64,000 bases of DNA, from NCBI GenBank assembly GCA_964187785.1, contig OZ076409.1, forward strand, positions 93,808,001 to 93,872,000, read 5' to 3'. Of this stretch, positions 31,853-43,739 are shown piece after piece (positions within the stretch are counted from its first letter, which is position 1; the number at the start of each line of letters is the position of its first letter). The notes beneath the pieces are model-generated. The model was not told where the DNA came from. It was given only the letters and a program-made list of their open reading frames with translations, and did no database searches. The DNA comes from Amphiscolops sp. MND2022. Taxonomy: Eukaryota. The translations under genes and the position numbers were made by a program.

Positions 31853-32439
31853 ATTTTTCATATTGCGTACAGGTAGGAGCAACTTCTGCTTTCCGGCCCC
31901 GAAGGGTCCAGACCTAGGAAAACGTTTTGGGAGGGTCCTAGATTATTTTTATAGCATATTTCTGGCCCTCTGGGCTTTGTGCTAGTGTTATTCCTGCGTT
32001 CTCCCCGTGTTTCCGAGGTCTGGAAAGAGAAATAACTGATTTACGGCAAAGTACCGTTTTGACACCGTTTCTCCTTACCGAGATTAACCATCCGGCTTAA
32101 CCGGATTCTGTTTTAAAGGGTTTTGTAGTCTCATTTCAGCTTAGTTGTAATGTATTGGGACTGCAGGGACGTGATGTGAGCGCCTCCACTAGCTGTGACG
32201 ATGGTGCGACGTCCTTCACGACAACATCCTCTTGACCCACTGGTGGACCACTACGAATCGGCTGGGTTACAATCTCCTTTTTTGTTTTTGTGGCTTTAAA
32301 AGCCTATTCCCAAGCGTACTCCCATTAGTAAGAACTGAGAAAAATACCCACTGGGTATTCCGATTGTTTTCTGAAAAAATATAGCGAGCTAGCCATAACA
32401 CCCTATATAGCTCTAATTTCGATTTGGTTACTTTTAAAA

Positions 32440-33130
32440 GTCGAAATTTTGCAGAAGATAGTACGACCAATGGGAATACAATACAAACGTTCCATTAGAC
32501 CTATCAGGTCAGGAACAGAAAAATTTGTTTAGCTAAATTGTGAAAAACACCGAAAACTTTAGCGATTTTTGTTTGAAAACGTCAACTTTGGACTTTGAGA
32601 CGAAAAATGGTGAGGGCGAAGCCCTGTTCGTTTTTCTCAGAGCATTGCGAGCCACCAAAAAGTCTTTTTCCCGAGCCAGATATCAGAAAACGTTATCGTC
32701 AAGCAGTTTTTTGAGGCCCTCCAACGAAATATTGAATAAGTTACCAGCCAATTTTCATTTTAATACAATAGCCATTTATCGGTCATCATTAGTTACAAAA
32801 GCCAAAATTTTTCAGAAGAGGGTACGGCCAGTGGCAATACAATAAAAATGTTCCACTAGACCTATCAAGCTAGGAACAAAACTTTTTACCCCCCAATTTA
32901 CTTGAAAACAAAAAAATTAGCGATTTTTGTTTGTGAAGACCCAAAATTGGCCTAACAGACCAAATGTGGTGAGGGCGAAGCCTTGAGCGTTTGTTCCAAA
33001 GCTTTCAGAGCTGCTCAAAAACATTGTTCCCGAGCTTGGTGGTACAAAACACTACTGCCAAAACATTTTTTACCCTTCCCCAATATAAATTGATAGTTTC
33101 ACCCTTGACTTTCTATTGTTATACATAGAC
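32440..33130 (+). repeat. Two diverged ~360-bp tandem units inside E4
   Basis: Shared blocks in the same order: CAGAAGA.GTACG, AATACAATA, GTTCCA.TAGACCTATCA, AGGAACA, TAGCGATTTTTGTTTG, TGGTGAGGGCGAAGCC, TTCCCGAGC. Confidence 0.85.
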
Positions 33131-35780
33131 CTGAGTAGAGGACCCCAAAGACCTGAGAGTTATAACATCAAAACTAATAATTGAAACAATCCCAGTCCCG
33201 TGAATAAAGTTATTACACCTTATTGCGTTACGTTTAGAGCTATCCCGAACATCTGGGAACCGAGAAATGAAAAGTTGCTAGGGAAAATACGTATTTTTCA
33301 CATTGTTCCCAGAATGTAAAAGGTGTAACTTGAGAATTTTTTGAGAGACCTTATTTGGAACCTACCAGGTTTCGCTTGCCTATTTTCTGTTATTATAGAG
33401 TAAAACGTTACAAACACAGAAAACCGCGAGTGATTCCAACCAGTGGTTGTTGAGAAATAGCCGAAAACGCGTTATCTTTGCGACATTTTGGGAACCATGT
33501 AGTAGTGCTTCCAGCACAGGTCGAAATCTCTCCTAATAAGAGCAGCCTCGAACGGATTGCATCAACGTGTAGACCATAAAAAGTTACGTTAGTGGTGTAA
33601 TTTTCGTAGCGCTAGCATTACTAGTGATTGAGAAATCTTAGCCGCAGTTTTGCTCAAAAATCGTGTGAAAATGTCGAAAAATTGGAATTTTAGTTGAGCA
33701 TAGTGCAATACCTCGCAGGTATCCCAACACTAAAATTCTTGCATTTTCGTGCGCACGGCACTGGATCACGACGATTTGTGCAGTTCGAGCAGCCGGCTAC
33801 TAGCCAAAGCTGAGAAATTGACATTTTTGCGATTTTTGACCCGAAAAAGTGGTACCTCTGGTACATCAAAGTTTTGTCACTTCATATCGCCAGATGTTGA
33901 TCGAGGCACCTCGCCCCTCTGTTTTTCTGTTACGTAGGCAAACGTTACGCTCGCATGCAAAATTTCAGGTGGGTGGGACGCCTCGAAGGCGTGTTTGACC
34001 ACTTTTTGTGAATTTCGTGATATAGTCAACTTTTCAATGAACATTGCTAAGTGACCGTGACACCCACAGGGTCATTTTTGACCCAATCGGAGAATTATTC
34101 CCCACGATTCAGCCAGTGTATTAGACGGTGTGAAATTTTCAGATCGCTAGCAGCGCTAGAAGTGATTTTCACCTTCCCCGGAGGTGCATGTTGACGAGAA
34201 AATTGTTGAGTTTGGGCATTTTTGCAAAAAATCACATAGTTTTTCTCAGTGTACGTGCCAGTGAGGGCCAAGACGACTCAATTAGCATACCAAGCGCCCT
34301 CATGACGTCTTCTTGAATCACTTTGATTAGTGCTAAGCTGACCCTAAGATCTCGGGTCTCTGAGAAAACCGGTCTACGAGACATAGAGGTGAAAAACCGA
34401 AAATGGAAATTCGCTTCCTGACTGCTATCAAAGTCACCCAAGTGCAATCTATCCATTGTGAACATGCATGCTCGATGTTTTGTGTACCCCGTGGGTGCAA
34501 GAGCACGTTTATAGGCACTTTTAGAGGTTCAGACTTTGAACGCAGTGCGTCTCAAAACAGAACAACAAGTACACTGGTGACTGCCATAGTGGAAAAAGAA
34601 CGCTTTTTCTGACCGTACTACGATCGTAAGGCAAGAAACTACTTCAAACTCAGTGTCTCTCCTCCTACTCACCCCAAGGTCCCTACCCGTAGTCCCTATT
34701 TACATTTTGGCCATCACTTGTTCTCTCCAGAAACATGGCAACATGAGTGACAAGCGGACATTTCAGACAATCTAACATCTGTAGCCGAGCAGGCTTCTCA
34801 AAAAATCAGTGTTCGCTTCTCAATTCATGCCTAAGGTGTACCTTGGTGCTCGGTACCACAGTTACGTGAACCATGTCGATGTGAAAACACCGGACAAGAG
34901 ATTGGCCCGGGGAGTACCCATACTCTCCCGAGAGAAGTCAACACCAAGCATGATGAAACACCTAGAGCTTCGAAGCTCTGAGAACTGCTTGGCCAGCGGC
35001 CGTGCTTTTAGAACCCGAATGATTGCTCTGGAACTTGTTTTTAATGCCGAAGACTGTTTTCATGATCTATCAAGCCTGATTTTTGACTTTTATTGGTTCT
35101 GCTCTATCATCGTTAGTGACATTGTCCCCTCTTGAGAAGTAGTTTGTTTCCATATCTTGCATATACGCTGGTGCTTGTACTACCTAGACAATAATTTTAA
35201 CTGAGCGTACACTGCTGACACAATAGATTGAATAGTTCCTCATTTTTAGTGATATTTTTGATTTTTTGAGGCCTGTTTCACCATTAGTGCTAGTTATTGT
35301 GCAGTTTCTGTTGGCTATGAACTACGACACTTTTGCAAGACCACAGCTGTTACTTTCATTTTTCGCTTTTCAAGTGCTATCATGCATTTTGTAAAACCTA
35401 ACCTATCAGGTGGGCCCCTGGTCAGTGCCAAACCTGTTGTGATGAGTGCTTTTTATGCAGATGCAATAAGGTGCTAGAAATTCGGAAATTTTGGTGCGAA
35501 ATTAAAAATTTGGAATTGTTTTGAATATAATGCTAAGTGTCTAAAGCTGCTAATATTTTTCCAGTGCAAGAACCCGTTGTTGGTGTGGAGTCCAAGGAAG
35601 CCTGCTAGGCTGGCAAAAACTCATGTTTTTGGGCAATAACTTGTTTTTGGGCAATGACTTCCATTTAGATTCCTGACGTACCATGTTGCAACAGTATCAC
35701 TGGATCACTGGATGGTAGCAACCAAGATGTGAACGTCCTTTCTCGTTTGTCGAGGACGACAAACTACGGCCCGGGGAGGA

Positions 35781-36532
35781 TGTAACGTCAGGCAAAAGAC
35801 GTTGCAGAAGTTTTTGAAAATTTCGATCAAAAATTCGAAATGTGCGACATCAAACAAGCACATTCAAGATGGCCGACCCGGCAGGTACGAAAACCGTAGA
35901 GGAAGCAAAATAAAGGCAAAACACCACCAGAGGATGCCACCCCACCACCCAGGAACGAGAATGTCCGAGATGTCATCACCCAGAAGGCGTGAGAATCAGG
36001 AATTCTGCCATCTGACAGCAAAAAGACAGGGTTTTGGCAGAAAAGTGCCAAGTGAGACCATTGTGCCCCGAAGATGAGGAATGATGCCAGAGGCAGGAAG
36101 CCGATGATCGCCACCGAAATGTAACCGTATACTTTATTGGGGCCTATCCCCACCTGTTTTGACTGTTTATAGCGTATTTGGATAATGTTTGACCTACTAG
36201 GTCCTCATTTTAGTCCTTATTCACTCATATAATGTATTTCAGTTAGACACCTTTTTGAACCTCGGAAGTATGTAGGAGATAGCAGGAGTACATTAGAAAC
36301 CTTAGGAATGTTTTTACAGGGTTGTGGGGCGTGTCCGGACTTTGAGAGTGCCGGCGCGTCGCTTCGGAGCTCTAACTAGAGAAGCCTCCTTAGACGTTAG
36401 AAAAGTCCCCCTTGGAGACCATTTTGGGATCAAAAACTAGTGTCTAGGTATGTAGTAAGACAACGGTCTCCTGTTTAAGCATCCTAGGCATTGTCCCTCT
36501 TCCTAGATGTGCGTCGCTAGCCGGTCGTTACA
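35781..36532 (+). repeat. E4 3' LTR
   Basis: Direct repeat of 31070-31818, preceded by the PPT. Confidence 0.97.
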
Positions 36533-36681
36533 AAGCATTTTCAGAATTATTGTTAACTCTGAACGTTAACGAACGGTGCCACAGCGACAAAAATATCGAG
36601 GGATGTGTTTCATTTGACCAATAGTTTCTGAGATTTTGCTAAATTGTCAATTCAAACTTTCCCAGAATTCCTCGAAGTATA

Positions 36682-36860
36682 CCCTCGTCTGAGAGAAATT
36701 AAAATCTTGCACTAATCTTGCAAAATTCTAATCTTGCACTAATCTTGCACTAATCTTGCACTTGTTTTTGAAAAATTCTTGCAAGACGATGAACATCTTG
36801 CAGAATGAGGAACAATAATCTTGCAAGACATCACTGATTGTTGCAAGATACATGCAAGTT
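36682..36860 (+). repeat. CCC-terminus fragment with tandem TAATCTTGCAC / TCTTGCAAGA motifs
   Basis: Several AATCTTGCAC units in tandem; same subterminal motif class as 47781-48701. Confidence 0.6.
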
Positions 36861-37524
36861 TGAAATTTTATTCCTCCAACGACATAGAACTCGCGAAAGA
36901 AGACCCATGCACTATAATGTCGCACCTGGTTTAACGAAAGACTCCATTGAATTTGAATCATACCGAAAAATTAACGAAAACGAATTTCTTAAGCACTAGG
37001 AGGCACAGTGGCACTGCTATTTTGTTCGTATACTGTTAGAACACGAAAATTCCAAGTGGCATTTCTATCTTTTTTGTACACTGTCGGAACATGAATCTTT
37101 CAAGGGGAAACCTTTCAAGGTAAAAATAAGTAAAACTAAGTTTAAAGAGGAAAAGCTCTGAAATTTGACAACAAGAATATGATCTAAATTGAGCATTTCC
37201 GAAGTTAACATCTTATACTTTCAGATCTCATTCCCTCCTCCATATCCGTTTGTAACCATCCGATTTCCATAATGTTACTAACATTATGTTAGTAAACTTT
37301 CTGTTTACTTTCTGTTTACTAAACTTTCTGTTTATGTTAGTGAACTTTCTTAGTAAGTTCGGTATATCAGAAAAAGGTATATCAATCTATTAAAAACAGT
37401 TGATCAAAAACTAATTGGTCATAAGCGACCCAATTGGTTGCTGCACTGATGAGAAAATCTACAACACCACTCTAAATTATTAGATCATTTTCAGAAGCAA
37501 TTCATTTTTTGAATACCAGATTTT

Positions 37525-38053
37525 TAGTCGGCGCTTTTCGAAGAAAAACGCAGACTATAGTAGTGACTTCTTTTTTTTTAAGACCAACGAACTGACAGAT
37601 TTTATAAATTTTATAAGTTGGCACTAAACCGGCACTAACACTAAACTGTGTCACGCTACTTCACTGCCACTTGGCCACTACGGCTTTTTCGAGGTCTGAC
37701 AAGCACAATGACATGGGTTCGAGTCCCGCGATGACCAAAATATTTTTGTGCAAATTTTTTTCGGCTTTGTGAGACTTTTTTCGCAAATATCTCCGAAGGG
37801 TCCACCCTTCATTTTTTTTGTCTATTTTGCAAAAGAATGGATGTTAAAAAATTTCCAAAGGGCCCCATTTTACATGTTTCGGCACTGCGACTTACGGGAG
37901 ACCAAAAAAATTTAAAAAATTTCAAAAAAATCGGATTTTTTTTCAATTTTTCCTCAAACGGGTACTGTAGAAGAGAATACTTGACACTTTGAAGTCCTTT
38001 TGTTATTTTTGAGCCTTAGATATGGCGCCGACTTGGGCCGTTCCCGGCTTGTT
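37525..38053 (+). mobile_element. HINE/Helentron-like repeat (family C) with internal tRNA T-arm remnant
   Basis: 5' TAGTCGGCGC...GACTA; 3' GGCGCCGACTTGGGCCGTTCCCGGCTTGTT; T-rich flanks; internal GGGTTCGAGTCCC. Confidence 0.8.
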
Positions 38054-38683
38054 TGTTTTTTCATTGAGTTTAGGTACTCGAATGTTAAACGCCTTTTTCC
38101 GGCAAAACTGTCGAAACACTTCTGCCAATGGAGCCTAGTTGATACAAAATGTTGAGTTTTTGATTACTTTCACATGAAATAAGCATGCACTTTCCAGAAC
38201 GAATGAAACATTGAGAAGTTTCCGGTTTATTAAAGCTCAACCAGCTTAGCCATTACTATTCAAAGATAATCGTCCAAAAACTTACTTAAACACGTTCCTA
38301 TGAAAAAACTTGACAGCCCTCTTTAATGTCATGCCACTTTGCTTTGGAGAAGATGACAATTGAAGTAAGACAGCTTAGAAAACAAAATGGATTGATTCTA
38401 GTTACAAAAGATGACTTTTTGCCCGTGAGCCATTTTTTCTTCTCGTCTATCGTGAAAACGTTCACATTCATAAAGGTAATAGTGCCTATTTTACAACAAT
38501 CAAAATTTGTTTATGGCGTTCAACAAGGCGAAACCCTTGGTACAGGTAGAATTCATTTCTATGGAGAAGAGTAATCACATGGTCGCCACATAGGAACTAA
38601 AACTTTTAATTTGTTGTATATGATCATAAGGTGATGTTCGGTAGGGACGCTAAGCACCGGGATACTTTCCACTGAGAATGTAA

Positions 38684-38756
38684 CGCATCAACCCGGGTTC
38701 GAACACACGACATCGTGTCTGCCAGGCAGACGCACTACCAACTGCGCTACCAAGTA
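38684..38756 (-). pseudogene. tRNA-derived sequence (Ala-like); probable SINE head or pseudo-tRNA
   Basis: Minus strand GGTAGCGCAGTTGGTAGTGCG (A box/D arm), CTGGCAG loop, GTTCGAACCC (B box). Acceptor and anticodon stems do not pair. Confidence 0.7.
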
Positions 38757-40893
38757 ACTAAAATAGTCAAGTAACAAATAGTCAAATGAAGTCGATGGGG
38801 AGGAACTGGGAGGAGATTTGGCAGAATTTGAAAAAAAACCGCAACACAGATCATGATTCCCTCCCCCATTATATGTGAGCGGAAAATAATAAGGTTTCAC
38901 ATTTTGATTCGATTTGCTGATAAAAATCCGTGTGACGTTTGCACCTGGGACGGACATTTTTGTAAAATGGATATATCGAGAGGTTTCGCGCTTTTAATAT
39001 TTTTGTTAGCCCACTCAACTTCTTTAGTTTTTCGGTACCATAGTGTATGTACGTACAGTCCTTGAAACAGTCGACCTTCGAAAAGCTTCCGATAATTTGG
39101 GAGACACCATTCGTTTTTTGAACCAACAACATCAAGTTTCCCTTCTAAAAAGTATGTTGCATAGCTTTTAGTGTCGACCTGGAATTTTTAAGATATTGTG
39201 CTAGTAATTATTGATTATATGTATTATAGTATTATAATGATAGTAATTGGAATCTATCAATAACTACAAAGAAGCGACTTCAGAATCATAGCTGGGATAA
39301 GTTTATCTTCTTTTTTTCTTGAGGTTCAATTTATGAAAATAATTCGACAAGAGAAACAGTGGCGGTGAAGAACGCAACAAAACGAGCTTCCGAATGCATG
39401 CTTCTCGAAAAGTATCCTTTCATGACTGTTCTTGTAAAGTCTAAAATTGATGATGTCAGACTATGTCATTAATTTCAGATAACTAGCTCCAATAAAACAA
39501 AAATTCTCACTTTCAGACAACTCAAAGATCGGACAAGTTTCTTTTTTTCTTTTTTGGTCATCAATTCATGAGAAATTCGATAAGAGATACAGTGGCGCTG
39601 CGATATTTTTGAAACATTCTAGCGGCATTTTTTGAACGAAACCAGACATCTTACAGCCTCAATTGTTTGACAAAGAGATAATGTTTTAAAATTTAATAAA
39701 ATTTCTGAAAACTAGTTCCAATACAATTTTGCATACATCGCATCGGAAAAATGTGTTTCCTTTGCTCTCGTCCTGACAACATCAAACAACGGGAAAATAA
39801 AAAGAGAAGAAGCACATTGTCATCGTTACTTGTGTTTACACATGTGTTGCACACAAATCGGAAATAAAAATGTTCAAAGTGAAGAATTACAAAATTTGAC
39901 TGCATTTCGGAGTCAAACCCCGCATTCGTCCTTGCAAAACGTAAAATCATGCGTATGAAGCGTCAAAAATTCATTATTTTTTTCATTTTCATTGTTTGAG
40001 ACGTTATGTCCAAAAAAGTTTTCTGTCCCATTTGATCGTTCAAGTTAGTTGAAAATGTGAAAGTCTTACAGGAGTTCCTGCTGCTTGTTGAGATCTTAGG
40101 TCTACAACAAACAAATTGAAAATCTTCTTCATAAAAGTACCAGAGTGCCGAAATAAAGGAAAAGGCCCCTTAGATCACCTCTGCTTTTTCAATCATAAAA
40201 AACTTTCAGTCCAACGTGGAATTTGAACCCACGTACTATCGCGTCCCAGCTCCATACAAGTCATACTCTCACAGTAGAGATTGGGTCATGTGAAAAGCGC
40301 GGGTTGGAAATAAAAATTTACTTTCCAATTCCGTCATTAGTTTCAACCAAAGGCGTTGGGAAAAGTTTCGCTCTAAAACAAAATTTTTTGTTCATGAAGG
40401 AATTGAAAAAAAAACAGTTGTTGATGAGATTTGAACCCGGACTATCTGGCATTCATTCAGATACTAATCAACTAAGTTACAGGAAAATTAACCAGTTAGA
40501 ATGAAGCAAACAAATTGTGGGAAAAGGTTAACTGTGGAACGCGTTAGGCTGTAGCGAGGAAAATAAATACTGGAATGTTTGGATCTCAAAAACTTTGATG
40601 ACAAGATAGATTTAAGTTATTAGGAGGAGTTTCACATAGTTTCGATCTAGTTTTTGACGAAAAGGCCTGGGCCGTTATGAGAAAAATTAGAGTCACAAAA
40701 GAAATCAAGAAAATTCTTTCAAAGAATTCGGGAACTCAACGGTTGACCTTTTCACTAACATCTTGGCTGCTATGGCAAGATCTCACCACTTTCTTACTAC
40801 ATCTTGGCAACCATGGATCCCATGGCAAGATTCTTACTAAGATCTTACTATGATGTATCGTTATCCCAATATCGAATAGGAAGTTACATTCAT

Positions 40894-41440
40894 CCCTTGT
40901 TGAAATTGCTTGAACTTTTTGCATGTACTTTAATGTTGCCAGCAACTTTTATTATGATTTTCTAAAACTCTTACGGAAACTTTCATGCGAAAATTTGTCC
41001 CTGTTGTATTTAACTTTTATCAAGCTGCTTGAAAGATTCATCAAAGTTTTGGCGGCAAATTTAAGCCTTGAAGTTTTGCAGGTTTCATTAAGCAGCAGTT
41101 ATAATTTTGAAAGCAAATAAATTGCTCTCAGTTCAACAGCCATTTTAATGCAAAATTACTTCAGTCACCTAATAAACTGCAAAGTAGCGTCATGTTTAGC
41201 GTCCTATTTGAAAAGCGGTGATCACATCAGATGAGTTGTTGAGAAAACAAAGTGTAAATACAAAGTGGTCGTGTCGGTGATGATGTATTTATTTTCAAAT
41301 TTAATTGCAGTAGTGGAAAATGCAGTGTAATTCTACAAGATTTACCGCCTGAAATGTCACTGAATTTTCTAGGTTTTATAAAAAATTACCCTGCATGCAG
41401 GCCTGCAGCATGTAAAAAGTTACTGCAGTCTCAACTAGGG
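40894..41440 (+). mobile_element. CCC-TIR family A element (CMC/EnSpm-like), complete
   Basis: CCCTTGTTGAAATTGCTTGAACTTTTTGCATG ... CATGTAAAAAGTTACTGCAGTCTCAACTAGGG; 2-bp TSD AT. Confidence 0.9.
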
Positions 41441-41639
41441 ATAAGATACATCTATTGGCGAGTCTTTACGCTCTTTGTCAGCGTTGACATTGATTTCCTG
41501 TAAAAACTCAAAACTCAAAATTAAAATCATCCATTAAGTTTAACGACTTGAGTGAGTTCTACATTATTTATCGAAATCTTTGAGTTTACTATTTTTCTGA
41601 TATGGCTTTTTACTAGATGTATACTTGTTTTAAGTAGTA

Positions 41640-41840
41640 TTACCAAGCTTTTGGAGCTTATTTTGGTGTTCATAGATTTTCCAGTGGTTCTAGTTCCTAA
41701 TTCAGTGGTTTTAGATATTATTCCAGTGCTTTTAGATCTTGTTCCAGCAATTTTATATGTATTCAGTGATTTTTAGATGTTATTCTACTGGCTGGTATTA
41801 GAAGATGTTCAAGTGATTTTGAAAATTAAATCAGTGGATT
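41640..41840 (+). repeat. Degenerate ~21-bp minisatellite
   Basis: Units such as TTTTAGATATTATTCCAGTGC and TTTTAGATCTTGTTCCAGCAA; similar sequence resumes after the TIR element at 42390. Confidence 0.6.
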
Positions 41841-42389
41841 CCCTGGTTGGAACTGCTTGAACTTTTTACATGTTTTTGTAGGTTACCAAGCTAATTTTCA
41901 ATGATTTTATAAAATTCTCAAAGAAATGTCCATGCATTAAATATTCACTGATTCGATTTAATTTTATCAAGCTGGCTATAAAATGCATCTTAAATTTGGC
42001 GGCAATTCTGCGCCGCGACGTTTTGCAGATTTCATAAAGACGTCGTTCTAATTTTGAAAGCAGCTGAGACCTTAATCAATTTTACCGCGCTTTGATTGCA
42101 AACAAATTTCACTCACATTATAAGTTTCAAAGTAGCGTCATAATCAGCGTGCTATTTGGCTAACGGTGATTACATAAAGTACTTACATGAAAAACTTACG
42201 CGTGAAAACAAAGTGATCGCTGCGGCGAAGAAGTGGAATTGTTTTCAGTTTTAATTCAAATAGTGAAGGCTGCATTGTAATCCTACAAAATGTTTCCATG
42301 CACGGTCCCGGAATTTTCCATGTTTTATAAAAAATTAGCCTGCATGTTTCCATGCAGCATGTAAAAAGTTCAAGCAATCTCGACTAGTG
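41841..42389 (+). mobile_element. CCC-TIR family A element, diverged complete copy
   Basis: CCCTGGTTGGAACTGCTTGAACTTTTTACATG ... CATGTAAAAAGTTCAAGCAATCTCGACTAGTG; TSD TT. Confidence 0.85.
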
Positions 42390-42835
42390 TTTTGATGTTC
42401 GTCTAGTGGTTGTAAAAATCATCAATTGTTTCTATTGGTTTGAGTGAATTCTAGATTATTTTTCAAGAAATTTTATTATAATGTTTTACTGATGCTATTT
42501 TTCTTCCCGATATCAAGCAGTTCCTAGCAAATTTGTCTTGCCATCTTGGATTTCTTAGAAAGATTTTTTTCCATCTTGGGCTTCTGAGTAAGATTTGTTC
42601 AGGAAACATGTCTGTGTTGATAAAATCTTAGCATGACATCTTACAATCCTGCACAATATCGTTGCAAGATCTTAGTAAAGAATTTCCCAAAGTTTTGGCA
42701 AGATCTTACCAAAACCTTTTTTACTTACTAAGTTATCTATGGTGGGTCAACCTGAGAAAAATTTATAACTTATGAATTATGAAGCTAATTACTACTGTAG
42801 TAAAAGATTATGAAAAAGTCTTTCAGAGACGTTAA

Positions 42836-43376
42836 TAGTCGGCGCTTCATTAAGTGAAACGACACCACTCTTTTTACAAGTGACTCTTTTTTCTCCATCC
42901 ACGCAAACTGACGAAAATACTTCTACCAGAGGGTCTCAAATTTCAAGGAGCCAAATTGTACCATTTGGTCCACGGAACTGAACTGTAAGAACTGTCCCTT
43001 TTTTAGCGTAGCATACAATACCGGACCAGACTAAAGGGTCCCCCTTTCGAATTTTTTGGAACTATGAGACTGTTTCATAAATATCATTTTTCGTTTTTTA
43101 AAAGTTTCTTGGAAAAAAACAAAAATTTGGTTTCAATACAATCCAACATTTGACGTTATATCCGAAGAAAGTTGCTTTTCACTAAAGAAGAGATTTTCGT
43201 GCAAACAACACAGCGCGTCAGCGGCCAGATCTAGTGGGACCCCGGTGTGCCAGCTCGGTCCCCCTTTGGGTTTTTCGGGCAATGTGGAAGATGATACTTG
43301 ACGCTTTGAAGTCCTTTTGCTATTTTTGAGCCTTAAGCGGGGCGCCGATTATGCCGTTCCCGGCTCCAAGCTTGTT
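42836..43376 (+). mobile_element. HINE/Helentron-like repeat (family C)
   Basis: TAGTCGGCGC ... GGCGCCGATTATGCCGTTCCCGGC. Confidence 0.75.
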
Positions 43377-43382
43377 TCTTTC

Positions 43383-43739
43383 TAGCCGGCGCTTTTCTTA
43401 AGAAAAGTGTCGACTATAGTCATGGCTTTTCGTCCTTGTTTTTTTAAGACCACCTGAAGTGACCAAAATAGTTCTATCAAAAGTTCTACAAAATTTTGAG
43501 AAGACGCCAAATTGTACCTGTTGGCCCAAGGAACTGAACCAAAAAGGTTTCCCGCGTAACATACAATACCAGACGAGACCAAAAGGTCCCACCTTTAGAT
43601 TTTTTTGGCATTGTGAGACTTTTTCAAAGCAAAAATTTCATAAAAGGTTCCAAATTCACCAATATTTTGACATTTTGAAATCCTTTTGCTATTTTTGAGC
43701 CTTAGACTTGGCGCCGACTTGGGCCGGTCCCGGCTTGTT
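43383..43739 (+). mobile_element. HINE/Helentron-like repeat (family C), head-to-tail with the previous copy
   Basis: TAGCCGGCGC...CGACTATAG ... GGCGCCGACTTGGGCCGGTCCCGGCTTGTT. Confidence 0.8.

Larger units (their letters stand above)
31070..36532 (+). mobile_element. E4: non-autonomous LTR element (LARD-like), no gag/pol
   Basis: 749/752-bp LTRs with TGTAACG...CGTTACA termini; tRNA-Arg-like PBS; PPT GGGGAGGA at 35773-35780. The ~3.96-kb interior has no ORF over 108 aa and no retroelement motif. Confidence 0.92.

Noticed and set aside
38684..38756. Functional tRNA-Ala gene
   Set aside because: A and B boxes are present, but the acceptor and anticodon stems do not pair. Other GTTCRA remnants (26545, 37715, 40220, 40430) are even more decayed.
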